A DNA stretch of 64,000 nt from positions 4,992,001 to 5,056,000 of the forward strand of contig OZ241986.1 in assembly GCA_965204375.1 (NCBI GenBank). The letters run 5' to 3'. The notes under the pieces were generated by a model. That model saw only the letters and a program-made list of their open reading frames with translations, searched no databases and had not been told where the DNA came from. A program made the position numbers and the translations under genes. How positions within the stretch are numbered: position 1 is the first letter of the stretch; each line of letters begins with the position of its first letter. Positions 1 to 10,159 of this stretch are shown here, in pieces. The DNA is from Candidatus Latescibacterota bacterium. GTDB taxonomy: Bacteria > Latescibacterota > UBA2968.

Positions 1-1
1 A

Positions 2-979
2 ATTTACATGGGCATCTTGATGAGTACTTCCGTGGGATTCTTGTTGCTGGGCATGGTATGGACCTGGCAGTTGACCGGCACGCTGGAATTTGCGCCGGGC
101 GGTATTCTAACCGGCAAAGCGAGCGAAGGTATTGTAATCGTCCTCCTCGGTCTCTATGCCTTTGGAACCGGCAAAGCGGCGTTGATGCCATTCCACCGAT
201 GGTTGCCCGCGGCAATGGTCGCACCCACGCCTGTCAGCGCATTGCTACATGCAGTAGCCGTGGTAAAAGCCGGCGTATTTACGATAATGAAAGTGGTGAT
301 CTACCTCTTTGGCACAGACCTGCTTTCGAATGCGGGTCTTAGCGAATGGCTGACCTATATCGCTGGCTTCACCATACTGGTGGGATCGCTGGTAGCGATG
401 ACAAAGGACAACTTGAAAGCACGTCTGGCGTATTCCACAATCAGCCAGTTATCCTACATCGTGCTGGGAGCGTCGCTGGCAAATGATCTGGGTGTGCTGG
501 GCGGCAGCATGCACATCGTAACGCACGCCTTTGGCAAAATCACCCTGTTCTTCTGTGCCGGAGCCATCCTGGTCGCTTTGCACAAAACAGAAATCAGCGA
601 CATGAAAGGCATTGGACGGCAGATGCCCTTTACGATGTTCGCCTTTTTGATCGGCTCTCTGAGCATTATCGGAATTCCGCCTTTTGCGGGTGCGTGGAGC
701 AAGTGGTATCTGGTTATGGCTTCTATTGAAGCCCATCGCTATGTGGCCGCGGGCGTATTGCTCATCAGTTCCCTACTCAATGTCCTCTATTTATTGCCAA
801 TTCCCATCTATGCATTTTTTGCGTCTGCAACCAATGACCATCACACAGACGGTCTGCACGAAGCACCGCTTGCGTGCGTACTCCCCTTATCATTTACAGC
901 CGTCGGCTGCCTGGTACTCTATATCTATCCCGAACCTATCCTGAACTTGTTGCTCATGATCGGAGGGGCCATGCCATGA
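2..979 (+). CDS. mrpD: Mrp/Mnh Na+/H+ antiporter subunit D-family protein (5' partial, open at window edge)
   Basis: Proton_antipo_M motifs KAALMPFHRWLPAAMVAPTPVSALLHA, LAYSTISQLSYI, HAFGKITLF; polytopic membrane protein. Confidence 0.85.
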   Translation: MYMGILMSTSVGFLLLGMVWTWQLTGTLEFAPGGILTGKASEGIVIVLLGLYAFGTGKAALMPFHRWLPAAMVAPTPVSALLHAVAVVKAGVFTIMKVVIYLFGTDLLSNAGLSEWLTYIAGFTILVGSLVAMTKDNLKARLAYSTISQLSYIVLGASLANDLGVLGGSMHIVTHAFGKITLFFCAGAILVALHKTEISDMKGIGRQMPFTMFAFLIGSLSIIGIPPFAGAWSKWYLVMASIEAHRYVAAGVLLISSLLNVLYLLPIPIYAFFASATNDHHTDGLHEAPLACVLPLSFTAVGCLVLYIYPEPILNLLLMIGGAMP

Positions 980-1254
980 ACCATTCCGAATCCCCAAAAC
1001 AGAATGAACGCTTGTTGGACCACCTCGGCGCCGTGCGCTGGTTGATCTTGGGCTTCTTCGTGTGGTGTGCGTTGTTGGTCCTGACCGACCTCATCGTGCA
1101 TCGGCACTTGACTTTTGCCGAAGGCGAATTGCCAATTGAAGGCCGATTTGGATTTTACGCCATTTACGGATTTGTCGCTTATTTGATGATTGTCTGGGGC
1201 TCCATACTCTTGAGAAAAGTGCTGTTACGGTCGGAGGACTATTACGATGAGTGA
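976..1254 (+). CDS. small two-TM membrane protein of the mrp operon
   Basis: ATGA overlap with upstream stop, overlaps next start; two hydrophobic helices, C-terminal R-EDYYD. Confidence 0.7.
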   Translation: MNHSESPKQNERLLDHLGAVRWLILGFFVWCALLVLTDLIVHRHLTFAEGELPIEGRFGFYAIYGFVAYLMIVWGSILLRKVLLRSEDYYDE

Positions 1255-2998
1255 GGTTCATCCCGCACTGATCCTGCTGGCGGGCGGCCTGCTTTTATTT
1301 TGCCTGCCAACCACACCGCGCCGCATCGTGTCGGTATGCTTGCCAGTGCTCGGATTTTTAAACCTGCTGACCATTTCCGATGGCACCTTGTGGCACATCA
1401 CCTGGGGCGGCTACGAACTGACCGTACTGCGTGCGGACCGCTTGAGCATGCTATTTGGATATCTGTTCCATCTGGCGGCTTTTATCGGCGCAATTTACGC
1501 GCTACATCTCAAAGACCGGTTGCAGATCGGCACGGCATTGATCTACGCGGGATCGGCAGTTGGGGCGGTATTTGCCGGCGATCTGATCACCCTATTCATC
1601 TTCTGGGAACTCCTGGCGATCACATCGGTATTCCTCGTGTGGGCGCGCGGCGGTGAGCGCGCACTGCGGTCGGGAATGCGCTATCTGGTCATGCACATCT
1701 CGTCGGGCTTGCTACTCCTGCTCGGCGCGGTATTCTACTATTTGAACACAAAATCTCTTGCCTTTGATCACATCGGACTAAATGAGGGACATCACTACCT
1801 GATATTTTTAGCCTTTGGAATCAAATGTGCCTTTCCCCTCCTCCACAACTGGCTGATTGACGCCTATCCAGAATCCACGCCCGTAGGCACGGTATTTTTG
1901 AGTGCCTTTACAACCAAAGCCGCTGTATATGCCCTCGCGCGCGGATTTGCTGGAGAAGACCTGCTCATCTACATCGGCACCATCATGACCATCTTTCCGA
2001 TATTCTACGCAGCCATCGAAAACGATATGCGCCGCGTATTGAGCTACAGCATGATCAACCAGATCGGATTTATGGTCGCGGGCATTGGCATCGGAGGCGC
2101 ACTGGGCATTAACGGCGCAGTATCGCATGCATTCAATGACGTGCTATTCAAAGGACTGCTATTCATGTCCATGGGCGCTGTCTTATTTTCCACCGGGCGT
2201 ATCAATGCCTCAGAACTGGGTGGCCTTTACAAGTCCATGCCCTGGACCTGTGCCTGCTGTATTGTAGGCGCAGCATCCATATCCGCAATTCCCCTGTTCA
2301 ACGCGTTTATCAGCAAATCCATGGTCATGCAGGGCGTCGCGGACAGTGGCGCTGTGACAATCTGGCTGGTGCTCTTATTTGCATCGGCGGGCGTGCTTCA
2401 CCACGCAGGCGTCAAAATTCCATTTTTTTCATTTTTTGCGCACGACGCCGGGATTCGCTGTCGCGAAGCACCCCTCAACATGCGGATCGCCATGACGATT
2501 TCTGCCATACTCTGTATCGTCATAGGCGCCTATCCACCGCTGCTCTACAACCTGTTGCCGCATCCCGTAGATTACGTGCCCTATACCACGACCCACGTCG
2601 TGCTCCAACTTCAACTGGTCTTCTTCGCAGTGCTGGCATTTGCGGTACTGATGTTGACGAGTGAAATCGACATATATCTGGAAGCGCAGAAGAAGCGAGG
2701 TATTGTCGGGATACTCCTATTAATAGGCAAGCACCCTCCCGAATTGCCCGGTGTAAATCTCGACTTCGACTGGATTTATCGACGCGCTTTACCCAAAGGT
2801 ATTCGCGCCATAGTCCGCACAGGCGGGCTGGTCGTGAATCGTTTTTTTGCGGAAGCAAAGGCGTTGATTCAAAAACTCATTGCGGGTATTCAGGCGCAAC
2901 ACAATAATAGGGGATTGTTTGGCCGCTCGTGGCTATCGCAAAGCAATGTGCTCATCGCAATTATTTTTCTTGCAATTTATCTGATTTATTATTTTTAG
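1247..2998 (+). CDS. mrpD: Na+/H+ antiporter subunit D (second MrpD paralog)
   Basis: FWELLAITS, KCAFPLLHNWLIDAYPE, LSYSMINQIG, FKGLLF motifs. Confidence 0.85.
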   Translation: MSEVHPALILLAGGLLLFCLPTTPRRIVSVCLPVLGFLNLLTISDGTLWHITWGGYELTVLRADRLSMLFGYLFHLAAFIGAIYALHLKDRLQIGTALIYAGSAVGAVFAGDLITLFIFWELLAITSVFLVWARGGERALRSGMRYLVMHISSGLLLLLGAVFYYLNTKSLAFDHIGLNEGHHYLIFLAFGIKCAFPLLHNWLIDAYPESTPVGTVFLSAFTTKAAVYALARGFAGEDLLIYIGTIMTIFPIFYAAIENDMRRVLSYSMINQIGFMVAGIGIGGALGINGAVSHAFNDVLFKGLLFMSMGAVLFSTGRINASELGGLYKSMPWTCACCIVGAASISAIPLFNAFISKSMVMQGVADSGAVTIWLVLLFASAGVLHHAGVKIPFFSFFAHDAGIRCREAPLNMRIAMTISAILCIVIGAYPPLLYNLLPHPVDYVPYTTTHVVLQLQLVFFAVLAFAVLMLTSEIDIYLEAQKKRGIVGILLLIGKHPPELPGVNLDFDWIYRRALPKGIRAIVRTGGLVVNRFFAEAKALIQKLIAGIQAQHNNRGLFGRSWLSQSNVLIAIIFLAIYLIYYF

Positions 2999-3219
2999 AA
3001 GCCGTTTACATGTTTGAAACATTGGACTTATTTTTGGTTTTTATTTTACTTTTTTTTATGTTTAAGAAATCCCAATGAAACATCACTCTCATATATTATA
3101 GAAAGGAGAAAAGGAAAACTAAAAGTGTCAAAATCCAAAATATGGTCTGTGTGTACGCCACAAAGTTTTGCATACAGGTCATAATGCATCACTGTGTATA
3201 AACTCATCAGGAGGGACTT

Positions 3220-3963
3220 ATGAAGAAATTATGTGGCATTTTGCTTGCAGGAATTTTTCTAATCGCCCCTGCAAATGCTCAGATGTCGGTCGGTATTACT
3301 CTGGATAGCTATACGGGATATATTTGGCGTGGTTACGTGCTCGGAGCCGATGACAAAATCGTGGCCCAGCCGGGTATTGAGGTGGGATTCGGTGAAACGG
3401 GTTTGTCTTTAGGCGCGTGGGGATCGTGGTTTGTGCAGGACCGCGTTGATGACAGAAATCCCGATGCCCAAACCCAAAATGTCGATGAACTCGACTTTTA
3501 TGCCGACTATTCGAGGACCTTGAGCGACGACCTGGGCCTGGGCATTTCCATCGGTTATATTCAATATGTATTTCCCAGTGCGTCTGAAGACGCAAACCAC
3601 TCAGAAGAAGCTTATATTGGGCTATCTCTGGACAACGCCATATCACCTGCAGTGACATTTTATTACGACTTTGGTCTGGTCGAGGCCTGGTATGTGTCTT
3701 TGTCGGGAGGCTATGACATTCCGCTCGGCTCAGAAGATGGGCAAGTATTGAGTATCGGTGCAAGTGTTGCAATGAGCAATTACGTAGATGAAACAGGTGA
3801 AAATAAAACGGGTTTTAACGATCTCACAGTTACAGCTTCTCTCAGTTGTAATGCGTGCGCAATTTCGATAGCGCCAACCATTGGATTTTCTTATGCCGAC
3901 ACAAAAATCAACCCCGACAACCGCACTATTTGGGGAGGCGTGAACATCGGCTTTTCGCGGTAA
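3220..3963 (+). CDS. TorF/Gcw_chp-like outer-membrane beta-barrel porin
   Basis: Signal peptide (ANA), YIWRG, QPG, ELDFYADY, EAY motifs, C-terminal beta strand with aromatic residue; RBS AGGAGG. Confidence 0.7.
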   Translation: MKKLCGILLAGIFLIAPANAQMSVGITLDSYTGYIWRGYVLGADDKIVAQPGIEVGFGETGLSLGAWGSWFVQDRVDDRNPDAQTQNVDELDFYADYSRTLSDDLGLGISIGYIQYVFPSASEDANHSEEAYIGLSLDNAISPAVTFYYDFGLVEAWYVSLSGGYDIPLGSEDGQVLSIGASVAMSNYVDETGENKTGFNDLTVTASLSCNACAISIAPTIGFSYADTKINPDNRTIWGGVNIGFSR

Positions 3964-4039
3964 GTTATTCAATTCTCGATCCGGGTCGGCATTTCTGGTT
4001 TGCTTCGTGGCGTGGTTAATCAGATGCGACCAGGCGAGG

Positions 4040-4073
4040 AGGGGAGACCTTTTGAGGTCTCCCCTTTATTTTT
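4040..4073 (+). terminator. intrinsic terminator
   Basis: AGGGGAGACCT-tttg-AGGTCTCCCCT followed by T-rich run. Confidence 0.75.
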
Positions 4074-4087
4074 GGGGATACAAACAA

Positions 4088-5383
4088 ATGCAAATTGTCG
4101 AAACAGATTTAGAAATTCAGCGCGAGCCATTCGCACGGCCCTTTGCGTTTAAGGGATCGGCTTTTCACGAAAAGTGGAATCTCGTCGTGCGTTTGAAAGA
4201 TGCCGATGGGTATGAGGCTTTTGGGATAGGTGGTTTGGCCGTACTGTGGTCAGATGCTACCGTATTTGCTGCACATACGGAAATGGGCGGCAATTTGCTC
4301 CAGGCGTCTCTCCTGGAATTTGCACTACAGCACATCAAGGGGAGAGAATTTGCCGATCCAATCGCATTGTTCGACACCATTGAAAACGAAGTCTTTTCTT
4401 ATGCCAAAGCGATTACCGGCCAGGGGGATTTGCGCCGAACATTTGCGCTAATTGCACTGGTAGCACTGGACAACGCCGCATGGGTCTTGTATGCAAAGCG
4501 GAGGGGATTGACGACCTTCGACGCCTTAATCCCGGAAAAATTTCGCCCATTTTTATCCCATCGCCAATCGCATGTCGCGCTCGTACCCGCAGTGAGTTAT
4601 ACCCTGCCCATAGATGAATTGCGGGCAATTTTAGATAGCGGAGCGTACATACTAAAAATCAAAATTGGGCATCCGGGAGATGAAACCGAAATGGTAAAAA
4701 CAGACATGGCCTGTCTGTCGCAGATTCACAGTCTGGCATCTCAGTACGAAACGGAGATGACCGATTCGGGCCAGGTGCTCTATTATCTCGATGCCAATGG
4801 TCGTTATGGCGAAAAAAACAGCATGTCGCGCTTATTAGATCATGCGGACAATGAAGGTATTCTGGATCGCATTGTCCTGATTGAAGAACCCTTTTCGCGC
4901 CCAGCAGATATCGATGTACACGGCTTGCCTGCCCGTTTTGCAGGGGATGAAAGCATCGAAACCGTTGCGGATGTACACACCCGGTTGGAGCAGGGATATG
5001 GCGCTATGGCGATCAAACCCGCGGGTAAAACCCTCTCATTGGCTTTTCGCATGATCGAAGCAGTAAATAGTGTACCGTGTTTTGTGGCGGATAATGCGTG
5101 TGTACCCGTACTGGTGGAATGGAACAAAAATGTGGCCGCGCGATTGCCCGCATTTCCCGGTGTGAAAGGGGGACTGATGGAATCCAATGGCCCGGAAAAT
5201 TACGGGACATGGGATCACATGCTCTCGGAATATCCCATGCCCAATGCATCGTGGTTGCGACCCAGAGGTGGTGCTTATGTGTTGGATGAGAACTACTACC
5301 ATCAAAGCGGAGGGATTTTTGAAGAACCGACCGCGTACACGCGATTATTTAAAAATAGAACCACATTGGGCTGTGGTAAATAA
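4088..5383 (+). CDS. enolase-superfamily protein (L-Ala-D/L-Glu epimerase/mandelate racemase-like)
   Basis: KIKIG, YLDANG, IEEP, DES, AIKP metal/catalytic motifs; ATG at 4088 downstream of the terminator. Confidence 0.7.
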   Translation: MQIVETDLEIQREPFARPFAFKGSAFHEKWNLVVRLKDADGYEAFGIGGLAVLWSDATVFAAHTEMGGNLLQASLLEFALQHIKGREFADPIALFDTIENEVFSYAKAITGQGDLRRTFALIALVALDNAAWVLYAKRRGLTTFDALIPEKFRPFLSHRQSHVALVPAVSYTLPIDELRAILDSGAYILKIKIGHPGDETEMVKTDMACLSQIHSLASQYETEMTDSGQVLYYLDANGRYGEKNSMSRLLDHADNEGILDRIVLIEEPFSRPADIDVHGLPARFAGDESIETVADVHTRLEQGYGAMAIKPAGKTLSLAFRMIEAVNSVPCFVADNACVPVLVEWNKNVAARLPAFPGVKGGLMESNGPENYGTWDHMLSEYPMPNASWLRPRGGAYVLDENYYHQSGGIFEEPTAYTRLFKNRTTLGCGK

Positions 5384-5433
5384 TGATGTGATACACAATA
5401 TCTGGCGCATACTTGATAAAAAAAAAAGTAATC

Positions 5434-5712
5434 TTGACTTAATAAAAACAATGGCTTATTTTAATGCCGTCTTTGTGGTAAAACCCATCAATCCCCCCGA
5501 GACAAGCAGGTGACTCCGATTCCCCATCGGATATTCTCAGTCATCTTTGAATAGCTTATCTGTACTCCCCGATCCAATTCTATTTACCATACAAGAGAAC
5601 TCGCTATTTTGGTTTTGACAAGATAAAAACCCGGGGGCGAGTTGACTCAATGCAGCCGGATTCCCGCGGAATCATCTCTCCCAGGCTGTGTGAGTCGTTT
5701 GCCCCCGGGCTG
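5434..5712 (+). ncRNA. putative structured small RNA with sigma70-like promoter
   Basis: TTGACT-17-TATTTT at ~5434-5462; hairpin TCCGAT/ATCGGA; long rod 5630-5709; no convincing ORF. Confidence 0.35.
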
Positions 5713-5736
5713 ATTTTAAGCGGTTTCTAAATTTTT

Positions 5737-6216
5737 TCACTTGTGATAACTTTCACCTCTGATAATCGTGAAAGCGCGATAGAGTTGCTCGAGCAAGATA
5801 ACGCGCGCCAATTCGTGCGGAAAGGTCATAGGTGAAAGTGACAAATGCCAATCTGCACGCGACAAAACTCGAGATGCAAGCCCAAAAGGGCCGCCAATGA
5901 GAAAAATGAGGCGGCTTTTTCTTTGTACGCGCAGATAGTCCAGGCGTTTGGCTAAAATTTCAGAACTACACAATTTGCCAGAAGGCCCGAGAGCAACCAC
6001 AGTGGCATCTGGATGCAGCGCGCTTAAGAGACGATGGCCTTCCTTTTCGATAATATCAGACACACGGGCATTTTTGCCACCGCGCTCTTCGCGTACTTCA
6101 ATCTCATCACAAGCGACGTAGTGCTTCAGCCGTTTGATATAATTTTGCGCGGCATCTCGATAACACGCGTCTTTGAACTTACCCACAGTGAGCAAAGTGA
6201 TCTGCATATTTGCCAT
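5737..6216 (-). CDS. rlmH: 23S rRNA (pseudouridine1915-N3)-methyltransferase
   Basis: SPOUT motifs FLIGGPFG, LSLSPMTFPHELARVILLEQLYRA, C-terminal YHK. Confidence 0.95.
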   Translation of the reverse strand: MANMQITLLTVGKFKDACYRDAAQNYIKRLKHYVACDEIEVREERGGKNARVSDIIEKEGHRLLSALHPDATVVALGPSGKLCSSEILAKRLDYLRVQRKSRLIFLIGGPFGLASRVLSRADWHLSLSPMTFPHELARVILLEQLYRAFTIIRGESYHK

Positions 6217-6325
6217 TATACTCAGATTTGATATGTTTTACAAGAAACTTGTTCACCGCCCCAAAAAACGGTATAATATCAAGATGCAAAAATTTTCTCT
6301 CACCTCATTCTTATAGAATAGAACC

Positions 6326-8098
6326 ATGCGCTCTCGATTTTTGACATTTTTTACGATCTGCATACTATATGGATCGAGCTGTGCCGAGTTGTACATGTCC
6401 GTCGATGATATCCAGCGCGGCATGAAAGGCGTTGGCCGCACGGTATTTCAAGGCACCCGCATCGATACATTTGGCGTCGAAGTTTTGGGTGTTTTACGCA
6501 ATGTCTTTGGCCCAAAAAGCGATATGATTCTCGCCCGGTTATCCGGTGGCCCCATGGCGCAAACGGGTGTCATCGCCGGCATGAGTGGCAGTCCGGTATA
6601 TATCGAGGGCAAACTCGTCGGCGCAGTCGGCTACAGCATTGGTGCATTCGCCGAAGAACCAATTGCGGGGATCACGCCGATTGGCGAAATGATGACGGTG
6701 CTTCAACGCACATCGCGGGACACCTTGTCGGACGCGACTTATGGATCTGCGCCGTGGAATGGACAAATAGATGGCGTACATGGCGGTGTGCTAAAACCCG
6801 TGGCTGTACCTTTAATGCTCTCGGGATTTGCTCAGCAAGTGGTCGTGGAATATCGAGAAGAATTGTCAAAATACGGCCTGTTGCCCATGCAGGGTGGAGG
6901 TGGAACAGACCCATCCCTATCTGTCGGTCCATTTGAACCGGGCGCGCCTCTGGGCGTGCAATTGGTCCGGGGCGACCTCAGTGTCACGGGTATTGGCACG
7001 CTGACGCATCGCGTGGGTGATAAGGTCGTGGGATTTGGGCATCCCCTGTTATTTGGCGGCCGCACGGCGATGTCTATGACCGCAGCATTTATTCACGAAG
7101 TGATTTCCAGCCAGATGCTTTCGTTTAAGGTGGGCACTGCATCGCGACATATCGGTGTGATTTTACAAGATCGCGCACCGGGCATTGCTGGCGTAATAGG
7201 ATCTGAAGCAGAAATGATGCCTGTGCGTATCTCTGTCGTATCTCCCAACCACGATGCTTCGTTTAATATGGAGGTATTTCGACACAGAGAATTGGGCCCG
7301 TTGCTGGTGCGAATGGCCGTAGCGACCTCTGTTATCTCCGCTGAGAAATTGACGGGTGAAACCACTGTTGCAGGACAATTGACGTTGCACATGCCCAAAC
7401 GCGAACCCGTGATTCTAAAAAATAAGTACGCAGGGACTCAGGGGCTTGGGTTGGCGGTATTGGGCTTGACACAACCCCTTGCGCAAGTGATCCAGAATCC
7501 TTTTGTCGATGCCAATATTGACTCGGCTATATTTCAATTATCCGTTGAGGAACGCACCCAAAGTGCGCGTATTGAAGGGCTGCGATTGGATCGTTCGCGC
7601 TACGAACCGGGCGATACAGTACACGTCTCTATTGCGCTGGCTCCTTTGCTGGGCAAGCGCGAGACCGTAGATGTCGCCTTGCCAATTCCCGGGTTTATGG
7701 CATCAGGACGTTTGATATTGCAGATTGTAAATGAACGCGAACAGCGATTACAAGATATGAAACGCTCCTCTTATCAACCCAAAACACTGGATGGACTGAT
7801 TGGTCTGATCGAGAAATCGGGGCGCAATGATGTGCTCATTGCGAGATTCATAGCTTCTCGCCCCAGCGTGACAATGGGCGGACACGAAATTTCGGGACTG
7901 CCCACTTCGGTTCTGTCAGCACTATCACTGGCACGTGGATCAGATGTCGTGCAAAAATCACAGCAGTCGGTGTATAGCCAAAAACACGTACGGACTAACT
8001 ATGTATTGACCGGCAGTCAAACGGCACTTCTGGTCGTGGGCAAAGACGGTAGTGCAACATTTTCAAGCAGGAGAGGTTCAGGTGAAGAAAAAAGATAG
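6326..8098 (+). CDS. SpoIVB-like peptidase S55 domain protein, secreted
   Basis: GVIAGMSGSPVYIEGKLVGAV, GTLT...GFGHP; N-terminal signal peptide. Confidence 0.8.
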   Translation: MRSRFLTFFTICILYGSSCAELYMSVDDIQRGMKGVGRTVFQGTRIDTFGVEVLGVLRNVFGPKSDMILARLSGGPMAQTGVIAGMSGSPVYIEGKLVGAVGYSIGAFAEEPIAGITPIGEMMTVLQRTSRDTLSDATYGSAPWNGQIDGVHGGVLKPVAVPLMLSGFAQQVVVEYREELSKYGLLPMQGGGGTDPSLSVGPFEPGAPLGVQLVRGDLSVTGIGTLTHRVGDKVVGFGHPLLFGGRTAMSMTAAFIHEVISSQMLSFKVGTASRHIGVILQDRAPGIAGVIGSEAEMMPVRISVVSPNHDASFNMEVFRHRELGPLLVRMAVATSVISAEKLTGETTVAGQLTLHMPKREPVILKNKYAGTQGLGLAVLGLTQPLAQVIQNPFVDANIDSAIFQLSVEERTQSARIEGLRLDRSRYEPGDTVHVSIALAPLLGKRETVDVALPIPGFMASGRLILQIVNEREQRLQDMKRSSYQPKTLDGLIGLIEKSGRNDVLIARFIASRPSVTMGGHEISGLPTSVLSALSLARGSDVVQKSQQSVYSQKHVRTNYVLTGSQTALLVVGKDGSATFSSRRGSGEEKR

Positions 8099-10112
8099 AA
8101 TATTGAGAGCGGGGATGACACATGTGCTGCTTTTTATCTTCCTTGGAACAATCGCAAACGCGGTGTCACCCAAAATTTGGCGAGAAGATTCACAGACGGC
8201 TTTCCTGAAAGGAGAACCCGATGGCGTGTCGCTCACTCGGGAAGGCACAGTGACATTGGCGCCATCCTATAAACGGGTAGCAGATACAGGTGAAGACTTT
8301 GTGTGGGCACTATCTGTAGATAAGGAAAAAACCCTGTACATCGGAACCGGTAATAAAGGTCGAATTTACATGCTCAAACCCGACAGCGATCGGGCAGAAC
8401 TGTTATTTGATTCCCCCGATTCCGCAACAGTTCACATTTTTAGCCTCGCCATTGGCGCAGATGGTGCTGTTTACGCGGGCACATCGCCGGGCGGGCTGAT
8501 TTATCGCATTGCACCGGGACGAGAACCCACGGAATTTTGTCAGACAGGTGATCGCCATGTATTTGCAATAGTCGCACGTCCAGACGGTGGCTTATACGCG
8601 GGTACAGGCGGTGACCAGGGACGCGTTTTGAAAATTGACAAACAGGGCAAAGTCACCGCGCTCTACGCGTGCAAAGATCCCAATGTGGTATCGCTCGCGA
8701 TAGGTGCTCAGGGCGACCTCTATGCGAGCACAGATAACAGCGGCCTGATTTATCGGGTGCGCGATCAGGGTGGTGCAGATGTACTTTACGATGCCCGTGA
8801 AAAAGAGATTCACTCGCTGAGTGTAGCGCCAAATGGCACAATTTACGCAACAGCGATGGCGCAAAGCGGTCGGACAGAAGGAAATGGAAGAGAGCAAAAA
8901 AGGTCAGATCAATCCGGCGCAACACTGTATGCGATCCGACCTTCGGGATTGGCAATGCGACTTTGGATCACCGATGATCCGATGTTGTTGGATTCCGTAA
9001 TAGATCCCGATGGAACAGTAAAAGTCGTTACGGGAAAACACGGGCGCGTGTATCGCGTTTGGCCCGATGGCAACGCCACTTTGCTCGCAGAATTAAAAGA
9101 TGTAAATCCCTGGGTAATGATTGCCGCACACAATAATGCAATGTGGATTGGATGTAGCGGATCAGGAGAAATTTATCGAATAGAAAAAGAATTTGCTCGG
9201 GAAGGGCAACTCACTTCTGAACCTTATGACTTTGATCGGGTATCGCATTGGGGGCGCGTATCGTGGCAAAGCGAAACACCAGCAGAAACATCGGTCGCTG
9301 TTCAAACGCGGTCCGGCAACAGCGAAGAACCCGACGATACGTGGAGCGCGTGGTCAGAGCCAATCACCACATCGGGAAAACCTATTACCAGTCGCCCAGG
9401 GCGTTTTTTGCAATATCGGTTGATATTGAAGACACAATCAGAAGATGCGACACCACTGGTGCGTTCTATCAAACTCGCGGGCTTGCAGGACAATGTTCAT
9501 CCCAGAATATTACGGGTTAAAGCCGAGGCCGACCAATCTGGTAACGAAGGTGAAAATTCAGAATTTATGGAAAAAGGCGTGTGGAAAATTGATTGGACTG
9601 CCGGTGATGCCAACGACGACGCCTTGATTTATACCCTGTATTTTAGAAGTATTGGCGAACCGCACTGGCGGCTGTTAAAAGACGACTTGAAGACCTCACA
9701 TTATTTTTGGCACACCGAAGCTGTTCCCGATGGCACGGTCGAAGTTAAGGTCGTCGCATCAGACCGGTTGGACAATCCCATCGAATTAACAGCCGAGGCG
9801 GTCAGCGCGCCCTTTGAGATTGATAATTCGGCACCAACTGTGCAGTTGCACAACATAAGGCAGATCGACAAAAAAGTACGCGTAACCGGTTCAATCCAGG
9901 ACGCTGCCACTGCAATTTACAAGGCAGCGTACTCACTCAATTCCGACGATTGGAAGGTGGTCTTTCCCACTGACCAGATATTTGATTCGCCGACAGAGAC
10001 ACTGAATTTTTCTATTCAAAATCTGAAAACCGGCTCTTATACACTCGTAGTAAAAGCGGAAGATGCACTGGGCAATGTGGGTGTTGGAAAAACCGTTTTT
10101 GAAGTGAAATAG
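8082..10112 (+). CDS. secreted beta-propeller protein with C-terminal Ig/FN3-like domains
   Basis: Repeated LYxGTG...GxIY blades, TRSGN...PDDTWSAWS, D.LGN; GTG start behind AGGAGAGG overlapping the S55 gene. Confidence 0.7.
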   Translation: MKKKDRILRAGMTHVLLFIFLGTIANAVSPKIWREDSQTAFLKGEPDGVSLTREGTVTLAPSYKRVADTGEDFVWALSVDKEKTLYIGTGNKGRIYMLKPDSDRAELLFDSPDSATVHIFSLAIGADGAVYAGTSPGGLIYRIAPGREPTEFCQTGDRHVFAIVARPDGGLYAGTGGDQGRVLKIDKQGKVTALYACKDPNVVSLAIGAQGDLYASTDNSGLIYRVRDQGGADVLYDAREKEIHSLSVAPNGTIYATAMAQSGRTEGNGREQKRSDQSGATLYAIRPSGLAMRLWITDDPMLLDSVIDPDGTVKVVTGKHGRVYRVWPDGNATLLAELKDVNPWVMIAAHNNAMWIGCSGSGEIYRIEKEFAREGQLTSEPYDFDRVSHWGRVSWQSETPAETSVAVQTRSGNSEEPDDTWSAWSEPITTSGKPITSRPGRFLQYRLILKTQSEDATPLVRSIKLAGLQDNVHPRILRVKAEADQSGNEGENSEFMEKGVWKIDWTAGDANDDALIYTLYFRSIGEPHWRLLKDDLKTSHYFWHTEAVPDGTVEVKVVASDRLDNPIELTAEAVSAPFEIDNSAPTVQLHNIRQIDKKVRVTGSIQDAATAIYKAAYSLNSDDWKVVFPTDQIFDSPTETLNFSIQNLKTGSYTLVVKAEDALGNVGVGKTVFEVK

Positions 10113-10113
10113 T

Positions 10114-10143
10114 ATCCGCAGATGGACGCAGATGGACGCAGAT
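10114..10143 (+). repeat. dispersed ATCCGCAGATGGACGCAGATGGACGCAGAT repeat (copy 1)
   Basis: Same 10-mer-periodic motif at 15741, 19641(-) and 37792. Confidence 0.8.
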
Positions 10144-10159
10144 AAAAAGGCGAGAGCAG

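Noticed and set aside
5630-5709. SRP (4.5S) RNA
   Set aside because: Rod-like, but lacks the conserved CAGG-GNRA-AGCA domain IV motif on either strand
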